DNA from: a virus
Lineage: Duplodnaviria > Heunggongvirae > Uroviricota > Caudoviricetes
Reading direction: 5' to 3' (one strand)
Length of the DNA: 44,857 nucleotides
IMG/VR virus record: IMGVR_UViG_3300042673_001280
The notes under the pieces were generated by a model. It was not told the origin of the DNA. It was given only the letters and a program-made list of their open reading frames with translations, and made no database searches. Positions 16,246 to 24,622 of this stretch are shown here, in pieces (the first letter of the stretch is position 1; each line of letters begins with the position of its first letter). The position numbers were made by a program, and so were the translations under genes.

Positions 16246-17799
16246 TTAAAGTATAAGTGCTTCAATAGTGTTGCCTTCCGTGTTATCACTATCATTGAGC
16301 GCAATTGCAAAAACTAAACTTGCACATTCACTTGTTAACGATTTTGCTAGACCGGTATCTGTGGCAATTAACCGATCACCTTTTTTAATAGCCCCAGTTG
16401 TTTTTACTGGAACTCGCCCTTTTAGTGCAACTATTGTGCCGTTAGCTAGCCCAACATTCATTATGTATGCCGGATTTGCCGAAACTACACCGATTGCACG
16501 ATGCCCTGATTGTGCAGCAGTAACTTCGGCATCTCCTCCAATTATTAATACTGTACCAACATCGTATGTGTCATCTGCTAAATATTTTTCCGCTAAGTCA
16601 GCGTTAACGCCTAAATATGCTTTTCCTGCAAATTCAGTTGCATAAATTGATCCAGCTGCTATTTCATAAGATATAGGAACTATTGTTACTCCATCTGGAG
16701 CTAATGTAGTAGTATTCCAAGTAGTTACTGTAGATGTTCTAACTGGAATTGAATCAGCAAAGTCTGCTTCAGTCGTTGCATTAGTAGCATGCCCATTTAA
16801 TGCACCTTCAAATGATGCTGCATACATATTAAGAAACTGATTGTCAATTCCGCCTAAGTTAGTAACATCATTAGTACCTGGGAAAATATCAGCACCGTTT
16901 AATGTTAATGCAGTATTTGTTTCTAGGGTTACGGAATCAGTAGTTTGAAATACAATAGTTTCGCTTTTTCTATTTTTAATTGTAGGAACTTCTAATTCAT
17001 TATAAATTTCTAAAATTTGGCCTGGTCCTACTGTAAATCCATCATCAGAAAAGTTTGCAGCGTTTGGAAACACTGGTGAAGCTACAGTAATATAACCCTC
17101 TGCCGGTGTACCTGCTAACTTATCTGAATTAGATGCAGTACCATTAAATTTATAACCAGTTTCACTTATTGTAGAAGTTTCAGCGTCTAACCCAGAAAGT
17201 GTTATACCTTTATGAATTAATGCAAATCCATTTAACGCAGTAGCTTCGTCTACGCTTAACGCAGTAGTGTCTAAATTAAATTCAATTTCACTAATTATAA
17301 ATGTTATAACGTTGTTAACAATTGCTTCAATAACCTGGTGAGGATTACCAACATCATCAGGTAAGCTAGTTATTTTTAATTGAGTATTTGCATTTATAAC
17401 TTGACCGCCAATATATATATCGCGGTTACTAGTAGATCGGCAGTATAACCGTTCAGTTACTGAATTCCACCAAAAATCACCGACGGTTAACCCTGGGGGT
17501 GAAACGCCGTCTTCAACAATGTTGTTTACTGCCACGGTGCGCCACGCACCGGCGCCGTAGTTTACTTTTAATTTTCCAAGACTGCTGTCATACCATAACT
17601 GCCCAATAATTGCACTTGGCGGAGCTGTACGACTAGCAAAATTTTCAAGCAGCCACACAAAATTTTCATTTTGTGCTTCGCCATAACCGGCATAATTCTT
17701 GCCGATCAGCTTTAAATCAAGTGTGGTATTAATTGTGCCGTCGTCAACGATGATTGCCGAACTACCACTACTATTATATCTGTCAATGCTATAAGCCAT
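16246..17799 (-). CDS. Tail fibre/baseplate-associated protein with a C-terminal intramolecular-chaperone (peptidase G2-like) domain
   Basis: N-terminal LIGKNYAGYGEAQNENFVWLLENFA...GQLWYD; C-terminal ADLAEKY...VGTVLIIGG...IGVVSANP...VALKGRVPVK...IKKGDRLIA. Confidence 0.72.
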   Translation of the reverse strand: MAYSIDRYNSSGSSAIIVDDGTINTTLDLKLIGKNYAGYGEAQNENFVWLLENFASRTAPPSAIIGQLWYDSSLGKLKVNYGAGAWRTVAVNNIVEDGVSPPGLTVGDFWWNSVTERLYCRSTSNRDIYIGGQVINANTQLKITSLPDDVGNPHQVIEAIVNNVITFIISEIEFNLDTTALSVDEATALNGFALIHKGITLSGLDAETSTISETGYKFNGTASNSDKLAGTPAEGYITVASPVFPNAANFSDDGFTVGPGQILEIYNELEVPTIKNRKSETIVFQTTDSVTLETNTALTLNGADIFPGTNDVTNLGGIDNQFLNMYAASFEGALNGHATNATTEADFADSIPVRTSTVTTWNTTTLAPDGVTIVPISYEIAAGSIYATEFAGKAYLGVNADLAEKYLADDTYDVGTVLIIGGDAEVTAAQSGHRAIGVVSANPAYIMNVGLANGTIVALKGRVPVKTTGAIKKGDRLIATDTGLAKSLTSECASLVFAIALNDSDNTEGNTIEALIL

Positions 17800-17819
17800 C
17801 TGTGTATCCTTGTTTAATG

Positions 17820-17826
17820 TATTTAT
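17820..17826 (-). promoter_or_regulatory. T4-type late promoter motif ATAAATA
   Basis: AATAAATAC on the minus strand, 20 nt before the ATG at 17799, with the RBS AAGGA between them. Confidence 0.62.
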
Positions 17827-17836
17827 TCATATTGTA

Positions 17837-18838
17837 CTATGTTAGTATCGAACTTACTGTAATAACGTCATTTACTTGTCGCCATTTAATTACAGTATCT
17901 TCCTCTGATGTACCAGTACCTGATGACAATTTAAAAGTTCTAACAGTTTTAATACTGCCATCTGTACATAACACTCGACATGTAGGCAACTGATCTGTAA
18001 AATTGCCAACATCAAAATCAGCAACCGGAAATAACTTCTCTAACATTAATCCAATTTTAGTATGTTTTTCAGCATCGTTTGCTGCATTATGCAAACCGGA
18101 AATATCTAACGAAATTGCATACGGTGCAGTTTGCTTAACTGCAGTGAGTAATCGTTCATTATTAACTACATCATTAGTGCCAGACGATGTCCTAACATTT
18201 GTAATTAATGGTTTTGTTTCATTTTCTGAATTTGGATTATTACTAACTAAGTTCAAACCTTGATTTATTGGATCCGGGCCAGCTTCAGTAGATGGCCAAC
18301 CATAAATTACAGGCAAACTATTTGTGTCAATAATAAATGAGTCACTACTTATTACTGCAACTAACGTGTCATCAATCATTAATTTTATTACTGTATGAGA
18401 ATTTTGATCAGTACCATACACTGACACTACACTAATTCCAGTCATTGACGAATCTTGAGGGCCTACTAAAAATGTTTCAACTCCATTATTGCACCAAAGT
18501 TGACGTGAATTTGACTTGATCCAAATATCACCTTGAGAAATTGAACTAGGCATCATTGGAGCTACAATAGTACCGCCTGAAACTTTATATCCTTTACCGT
18601 CATACACTTTTAATCTTTTTTCTAACGTGTCAAACCATAATTGCCCAGGTATAGATTGTTTAGGTTGTGTTGAATTTGCAAAATTTTCTAATAATCGAAC
18701 TAAATTTTCATTTATATATTCGCCATATGCATTAGCACTTTTACCAATTAACGTTAAATCAGTTGTAGATTGATCAATATTTCCGTCAATAATTTCAGTT
18801 AGTACTGTACCATCTGTCTTGTTTATTATGTACGTCAT
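17837..18838 (-). CDS. Tail fibre/baseplate-associated protein (333 aa), paralog of both neighbours
   Basis: Shared N-terminal motif LIGK...YGEYINENLVRLLENFA...PGQLWFD...GDIWI. Confidence 0.75.
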   Translation of the reverse strand: MTYIINKTDGTVLTEIIDGNIDQSTTDLTLIGKSANAYGEYINENLVRLLENFANSTQPKQSIPGQLWFDTLEKRLKVYDGKGYKVSGGTIVAPMMPSSISQGDIWIKSNSRQLWCNNGVETFLVGPQDSSMTGISVVSVYGTDQNSHTVIKLMIDDTLVAVISSDSFIIDTNSLPVIYGWPSTEAGPDPINQGLNLVSNNPNSENETKPLITNVRTSSGTNDVVNNERLLTAVKQTAPYAISLDISGLHNAANDAEKHTKIGLMLEKLFPVADFDVGNFTDQLPTCRVLCTDGSIKTVRTFKLSSGTGTSEEDTVIKWRQVNDVITVSSILT

Positions 18839-20883
18839 TAAATAACACCTGTAAAAATAATATAATTAATTGTCTGATATGGGTTCATAATCGAAGATGC
18901 TTGTTCGTTAACACCTACGCTAGTTACCGTTGCTTTACTTCCAGTTGCATTAACTGACGCTAGTTGACCAATTGTTTCGTTACCTGCACCGTACCCTAAG
19001 GTTGATGCTGCTAAATCATGTACTCGATTAGCCGGTAATGCACCGTTTACTCCTACACCGTTACGATTTCCTCCAGCAGTAGCAGTACTTCCAGATGCTA
19101 ATGATATCGAAAGTTCGTTGTCCATATCATCTTTACCTAACGGGAACCTACCTCTTAAATCAGGTAATGCAAACGTACTCACACCTAACAGTAATGTTTG
19201 ATTTCGATAAGAATGCCCAATAACATCAAATAACCCTTTGTATTTTTTAATTACTAATTCTGATCCATCACAAAACAAATACCCAGATGGTACTGTAGTT
19301 CCTGCAAACGGAAAAATTGATCCAACTGGCACAACCGGTACTGATGATAAAAACTGTGCTTTAGTAATTGTTTGAATACCAAATCCAGTTTTATTTCTAA
19401 ATATTAACATTTGATCAGTATCTAATGCAGTAGCCGATGCAGGTTTAGATGTAAAAAAATCTGCACTTACTTTTGTTTCAAACACAACCGGAGCAGTTCC
19501 ATTAAAATTAACATTTGCCGACGTTATGTCTCCACTGAGCGAAAATGCTACAGATTGTGTTAGTGACGCTGCCGACCCGTTAACGTTACCAGCAAGTGTT
19601 CCATTAAATACACCGTAAAACTGTGATTTAGGAGCTACACTATTTGGAGTTATTGCATCTGCAGAGCCAAACGACATTCCAAATACATTTCTAAATGGTT
19701 GTGTTGTTGCTCCAATATCATAAATTGGAACTGCAGTTGCCATTGGTACTAATACTGACCCTGATGTGTCTTTGCTTAATGTAACAGTATCAGCAAACTT
19801 AGCTAGACTTCCAAAATTTGATTGTTTAGCAACTGACAAACCACCGGCAGTAATTATGCTACCAGTTCCAATAGCTGTTGAATTAGCAGTCCCGTCAATA
19901 AATAATGATCCACTAATTAAAACATCACCTAATACATCTAATTCTTTTTGAGGGTTTAAATTATTACCAATTCCTACAAATGGAGCATTATTAGTTTTTT
20001 TAATAAACAATCCAGACACAGGCGACTCTGTTGGATTACCAAATGCAAAATTAATATTCTTATTTGCAAACGATGTTAAACTAATAGCCGATACCGACGA
20101 ACTAATACCAAAACTTGAATCTTTTCCAATAGTAATACCGTCATTTGAACTAACCCTTAACGACCCAGAAATTTCTGAATTTTTATCAGATCGTAAAAAA
20201 TTAATAGCACTAACTACATTACCATCGTAATTTAAATTATCTGCAGAGAACGCAGTACCCCATAATTTATTAAGTTGTGTACTGTCAGTTACATTAGATT
20301 CGCTCGATAATGTTAATCCTCTACCAATTACCGAAAAACCAACTGTAACAACTTTTGGAGTAAATTGTGATTCACTAATTATTGCAATTCTATCGTTGTT
20401 TGCATACAGTGATAGAATTGACCGAGTAGTATCGTCATCTGCTATCATTGACTCTGGTTTTGTTCCGGTTAGTATTCCGTCGCTAAACTGCGGTCCAACT
20501 ACTTGCCAATTAGTTCCTGAGAAAATTTTCAACTGTTGTTGCTCAGTGTCAATCCACAAATCGCCTCGCTGACCGCTAGGTTCAGTGTTTGCTTTTTTTA
20601 TTAATCCAGTTGGAATAAACTCAGAACCGTTATATACTCGAAGTTCATTAATATCAGTTGTAGTATTAAACCATAACTGACCAGTTACTGGCTTAGTTGG
20701 CATTGAATCAGATGCAAAATTTTCTAACAAATGTAAAAAATTTTCTGCAATATATTGTGCATACCTTGGTTTATTTCTACCAACAAACGTAAGATCAGTC
20801 TCGTCGTTATAGGTTTCATCTGTAACTTGCAATGATCCAGATGCCGGATCAGTAAATCTAACATCATATGAATTATTTGCCAT
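18838..20883 (-). CDS. Short tail fibre-like protein with a phage tail collar domain
   Basis: Shared N-terminal ENFLHLLENFA...GQLWFN; tail collar motif PVGSIFPFAGTTVPSGYLFCDG...LFDVIG...FALPDLRGRFPLG (about 19135-19330); C-terminal MNPYQTINYII. Confidence 0.85.
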   Translation of the reverse strand: MANNSYDVRFTDPASGSLQVTDETYNDETDLTFVGRNKPRYAQYIAENFLHLLENFASDSMPTKPVTGQLWFNTTTDINELRVYNGSEFIPTGLIKKANTEPSGQRGDLWIDTEQQQLKIFSGTNWQVVGPQFSDGILTGTKPESMIADDDTTRSILSLYANNDRIAIISESQFTPKVVTVGFSVIGRGLTLSSESNVTDSTQLNKLWGTAFSADNLNYDGNVVSAINFLRSDKNSEISGSLRVSSNDGITIGKDSSFGISSSVSAISLTSFANKNINFAFGNPTESPVSGLFIKKTNNAPFVGIGNNLNPQKELDVLGDVLISGSLFIDGTANSTAIGTGSIITAGGLSVAKQSNFGSLAKFADTVTLSKDTSGSVLVPMATAVPIYDIGATTQPFRNVFGMSFGSADAITPNSVAPKSQFYGVFNGTLAGNVNGSAASLTQSVAFSLSGDITSANVNFNGTAPVVFETKVSADFFTSKPASATALDTDQMLIFRNKTGFGIQTITKAQFLSSVPVVPVGSIFPFAGTTVPSGYLFCDGSELVIKKYKGLFDVIGHSYRNQTLLLGVSTFALPDLRGRFPLGKDDMDNELSISLASGSTATAGGNRNGVGVNGALPANRVHDLAASTLGYGAGNETIGQLASVNATGSKATVTSVGVNEQASSIMNPYQTINYIIFTGVI

Positions 20884-20886
20884 ATC

Positions 20887-21495
20887 TTAGACTCCTGTTA
20901 TGCCAGTTAAACTTTGAATACGTACTGTATAATCAATTTGAATTAATCGATTTAACGATTTTTGTACAGGATGAAAAATAACATGTGTTAATAACAATTC
21001 ATTCCCAGTGTCGCTATACGATTTTAATCCAATTTCATCAAATACAAATAATCCGTCGCTACTAATTGAAGTGTCAAATGCATTCTGTCCAGCTGGCTCG
21101 CTGTAATCTAACAAACATGTAATAAAAACATCGGTATAATTTTTACCTACAGTATGTCGAGAATCAATATAATTACGGGTTGGATCTAAATTATTCTTAG
21201 AATTATCATCTACAACTTTTGTAAATGTTTCATTATATAAACTAGAATTTGATCCTGAACTATTTGGTGATAAGTATGTAATAATTCCAGTTGGATCAAC
21301 TGCTGTTCCGCCGTTGCCAAAACCCATCTGGTATATAAATCCCTGACCTCTGTTTGCAATGCTGCTTGCTAGCGCAATGCTCATATTTTCATAATGAATT
21401 GCATTACGTTTATTAACGTACACTTCATTACTTGTAGGGTCATAGATCTTAAGGTGTCCCTCAATATGTATGCCTGTTGTTTCTTTATTCTGCAT
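20887..21495 (-). CDS. Virion structural protein of unknown function (202 aa)
   Basis: Long ORF inside the tail operon with its own late-promoter motif; beta-rich sequence (FDEIGL...LLTHVIFHPVQKS). Confidence 0.7.
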   Translation of the reverse strand: MQNKETTGIHIEGHLKIYDPTSNEVYVNKRNAIHYENMSIALASSIANRGQGFIYQMGFGNGGTAVDPTGIITYLSPNSSGSNSSLYNETFTKVVDDNSKNNLDPTRNYIDSRHTVGKNYTDVFITCLLDYSEPAGQNAFDTSISSDGLFVFDEIGLKSYSDTGNELLLTHVIFHPVQKSLNRLIQIDYTVRIQSLTGITGV

Positions 21496-21515
21496 AGTAG
21501 TCTCTCATTATCGTA

Positions 21516-21522
21516 TATTTAT
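21516..21522 (-). promoter_or_regulatory. T4-type late promoter motif ATAAATA
   Basis: GATAAATAT on the minus strand, 20 nt before the ATG at 21495. Confidence 0.6.
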
Positions 21523-21543
21523 CAAGTAATATTAAGTGTATGT

Positions 21544-23232
21544 TTATTTGTAAACACGCCGTTTTGGTCTCGGATATACTTGTCCAGACGCAGGTCTTAT
21601 CCAATAATTAATTTTTGGAAACACATAATTAGATACCGGTCTCTCAGGATATGCATACAAATATCGATTTGGTGCTAACATTGTATCATAACTATCTGAT
21701 ATGCCCCCACTACCTGATGTTAATTGATTATCTTTTGAATATGCTTGTATATAACGTATTGCATCTGCCTGTGTCATAGTTGGGTACATCTCTAACACAC
21801 ATGCTAATACACCAGTAACCTGCGGGCTAGCCATTGATGTTCCTGATATTTTTCCTTTTACAAATGTTGAATCTCTTGGGTCAGGGGAATTTAACCATAC
21901 GTCACTTATGTTAAATGAACTTGCAATGTTAGATCCTGGAGCAAATATGTTAATACCGGGCCCGGTATTACTGTATGAAGCTTTTTGCTCCGTCGTTGTT
22001 GCGCCAACTGATCCTACAGTAATTACATTTGTTGCACAACCTGGAGCAGATCCTTTATGAACATACCACGAATACGAAGTACCGCCATAAGTTGCCCAAA
22101 AATAATTGTTATAATCTAAACCAGTTTGATCATCAACAAAAAACGAGTCATTCCCTGCAGAACCAACTATAATTACTCCGTCGTCTATTGCTTGTTGTAT
22201 ATCAGAAACTACTGAACTAACGTAATACGGTACAGTTGCAGTGCCTCCAAGGTTTCGAATCTTAGCCGCATTTAACTGAGCAGCAGTTGCCGATGTGCCA
22301 ACTGTGCCAACATTAACTCCTCGATAATTTATTTGAGTGATTGGACCAGTCCCTATCGTCGCATCGGGCCAACTAATCGATGTCCCGTAACTGCAATTAC
22401 ATATTGTAGGATTTTTACGACCGGTTGCTGGATTAATTGCTTTAGTTCTATGGAATGCTCTAATATAATCCCACATTACTAGAGAACTCATTGATGTGTT
22501 TGGGTTTGTACTGTACGGGCTAATATTATAGATGTTGGCATCTCTTGCCCAGCCGTTTGTATTACCTGCAACAGTACCAGCAACATGGCAACCATGGTTG
22601 TTATCCGATACCATATCCGATCCAGCTGTAGACTGCCACATATATGCATATGTTGATCCAGTTAATGCAGTACCATCATCGTCAATTGACGCAACTGTAC
22701 CATTTAATGTAAACCATTGAAATTGATTAACTCGAGTGCCACCCGTGCCGTCTGCATTTTTTGCAAACTCTGGGTGATCTGGGCGAATATGCCCATCTAC
22801 AATTATAACATCAACATTTTTACCACTTAGACTATGTGATACCGAATCTAATACTGCAGTAGTACCATTATTACCCCAATTAGGGATTTGCATACCTACT
22901 ACACATCTCTTTAAACCCCAGTTATAATGATTTGAATTTGCAGTTGATGATTTATCAAACGTGTTAGTTGGAGATGTCCACATTGGTTTAACAGCAGCTT
23001 TGGCTAATTTTGAAAATGTGATTCCTTCAACTCGAGGATCAGTGGCAATTATTGCAACTTCAGCATGTGATAACATATAATGTGTGTTTTTACTAATCGG
23101 TCTTCGTCTATACACCGGCACAGCTCTATCAGGAACAGTAGTTAAACTACTCATAGCTTCCATATCATTATAAAAGGAATCTAAATCATCCATGCTGTTT
23201 AATGTAATTATAACTTCTTCTAAATCATCCAT
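21544..23232 (-). CDS. Subtilisin-family (S8) serine protease
   Basis: Complete catalytic set: VDVIIVDG (Asp), HGCHVAGTVAG (His), AGND (oxyanion Asn), GTSMASPQVTG (Ser); N-terminal prodomain-like segment of about 90 aa; no signal peptide seen. Confidence 0.92.
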   Translation of the reverse strand: MDDLEEVIITLNSMDDLDSFYNDMEAMSSLTTVPDRAVPVYRRRPISKNTHYMLSHAEVAIIATDPRVEGITFSKLAKAAVKPMWTSPTNTFDKSSTANSNHYNWGLKRCVVGMQIPNWGNNGTTAVLDSVSHSLSGKNVDVIIVDGHIRPDHPEFAKNADGTGGTRVNQFQWFTLNGTVASIDDDGTALTGSTYAYMWQSTAGSDMVSDNNHGCHVAGTVAGNTNGWARDANIYNISPYSTNPNTSMSSLVMWDYIRAFHRTKAINPATGRKNPTICNCSYGTSISWPDATIGTGPITQINYRGVNVGTVGTSATAAQLNAAKIRNLGGTATVPYYVSSVVSDIQQAIDDGVIIVGSAGNDSFFVDDQTGLDYNNYFWATYGGTSYSWYVHKGSAPGCATNVITVGSVGATTTEQKASYSNTGPGINIFAPGSNIASSFNISDVWLNSPDPRDSTFVKGKISGTSMASPQVTGVLACVLEMYPTMTQADAIRYIQAYSKDNQLTSGSGGISDSYDTMLAPNRYLYAYPERPVSNYVFPKINYWIRPASGQVYPRPKRRVYK

Positions 23233-23233
23233 A

Positions 23234-24607
23234 TTAGCTCTCCAATGGAAGTACTGTTAGGGTAATAGTAAATGTAGCTGCTGTCAAATTTGTGTTAGTA
23301 ACTGCAAGTTCAATGTTTGCAGTTGGGGTAGATTCATTATTAAACCCAATTACTCCAGGAGCAGTTACAACTGTTGAATTTGAAGTAGTAATAATTTCTG
23401 CAATAACGCCAGGTGTTGACGGATCTGAAGTTTGCAATCTTGCTGCATCTGCCGTTCTTGATGCAGCGTCAGTATAAATCCTTACCCATGCGCCGCCTGC
23501 AGTTGAACTAGTTGCTACTGAATACAACGCATAACTTTTATAACCAGTAATTGTTAAGTTTACAGTTGCACCAGCTGCAATAGACGTAGTAGTTCCGGTC
23601 TTTGTTGCACGAGATAATGTAACAACACCAATACTACCGGGACTACTAATCACGCCACTTCCGTCAATTGTAATCGTAGTGCCATCAGCAATAACTCCGC
23701 CTAGTTTAGTAGTAGACGCTACCGGTAATGTGTAACTGGCTGCAGATGCACTAATTACTCCATTAACATTTATAGTAACTGTACTTCCATCTACTTTAAC
23801 GCCGCCTAATGTTCCGTCTGACCCAATACCGGCAGTTGGAAGAGAATAACTACTACCTGAATTAGAATGAATTACTCCGTCAATATCTATAGTAATTGTA
23901 GTACCGTCAACTTTAACACCACCTAACGTTGTATCAGTTGCAGGTTGTAACACATACAACATAGGAGTGCCGGTTATCTTTGAATACGGTAAACTCTCAA
24001 TCCATGACGGGTTTACATAACTCTCAGTAGTATACACTCCGTTCGTTACTGTACCGGCATTCCCAGTAATATTAGGTGATGAATGTATAACACCATTTCC
24101 ATCAATTGTAATTGTAACACCGTCAACTTTAACACCGCCTAACACAGTTGATGTTGCTGCTGAAAGTGTGTAATATGTGCTTGGAGTTCCAGATAGTTTT
24201 GAGTACGCAATCTCTGTAATCCAAGAAGGATTTGCATAACTTCCAGTTGTGTAAACCCCGTTAGTTACAGTACCAGCATTACCGGTAATAGTAGTAACGG
24301 TTGGAATTACTGCGTGTATCACTCCGCTGCTATTAATCATTATAGTTGATCCGTCAACTTTAACACCACCTAATGTAGCAGTATTTGCAGGTTGTAATAC
24401 ATACGGTGGTACATTAGCGGTTATTATGCAAGTGTCGCCGGTTTTAGTTAATGTAATATGTTGACCTGCAGTTAATCGATTAAAAACCGATTGATTACTA
24501 TTATATAATTCTGTAAAATTACCATTAATTTTAACTGCACCTGATCGCAAGGTATCTCCTGTTTTATCATTTGAATTTGCTCCGATGTTTATTATTTGTT
24601 TAGCCAT
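23234..24607 (-). CDS. Repeat-containing fibre with a T4 gp9/gp10-like N-terminal anchor (457 aa)
   Basis: N-terminus KQIINIGANSNDKTGDTLRSGAVKINGNFTELY resembles the gp9/gp10 N-terminal motif; internal LGGVKVDG repeats. Confidence 0.72.
   Translation of the reverse strand: MAKQIINIGANSNDKTGDTLRSGAVKINGNFTELYNSNQSVFNRLTAGQHITLTKTGDTCIITANVPPYVLQPANTATLGGVKVDGSTIMINSSGVIHAVIPTVTTITGNAGTVTNGVYTTGSYANPSWITEIAYSKLSGTPSTYYTLSAATSTVLGGVKVDGVTITIDGNGVIHSSPNITGNAGTVTNGVYTTESYVNPSWIESLPYSKITGTPMLYVLQPATDTTLGGVKVDGTTITIDIDGVIHSNSGSSYSLPTAGIGSDGTLGGVKVDGSTVTINVNGVISASAASYTLPVASTTKLGGVIADGTTITIDGSGVISSPGSIGVVTLSRATKTGTTTSIAAGATVNLTITGYKSYALYSVATSSTAGGAWVRIYTDAASRTADAARLQTSDPSTPGVIAEIITTSNSTVVTAPGVIGFNNESTPTANIELAVTNTNLTAATFTITLTVLPLES
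23640..24405 (-). repeat. Five YxLxxA...LGGV(K/I)(V/A)DGxTIxI..GVI repeats and two ITGNAGTVTNGVYTT.SY.NPSWI....YSK..GTP repeats
   Basis: Directly visible in the translation; the DNA copies are synonymously diverged. Confidence 0.85.
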
Positions 24608-24622
24608 TTATTGTTTCCTTAC

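Noticed and set aside
8314-17839. Possible stop-codon reassignment (TAG ends at 2159, 8370, 17837)
   Set aside because: ORFs of 2600-4100 codons are intact under the standard code; reading through TAG adds only short non-protein-like tails crossing the terminator or a promoter motif.
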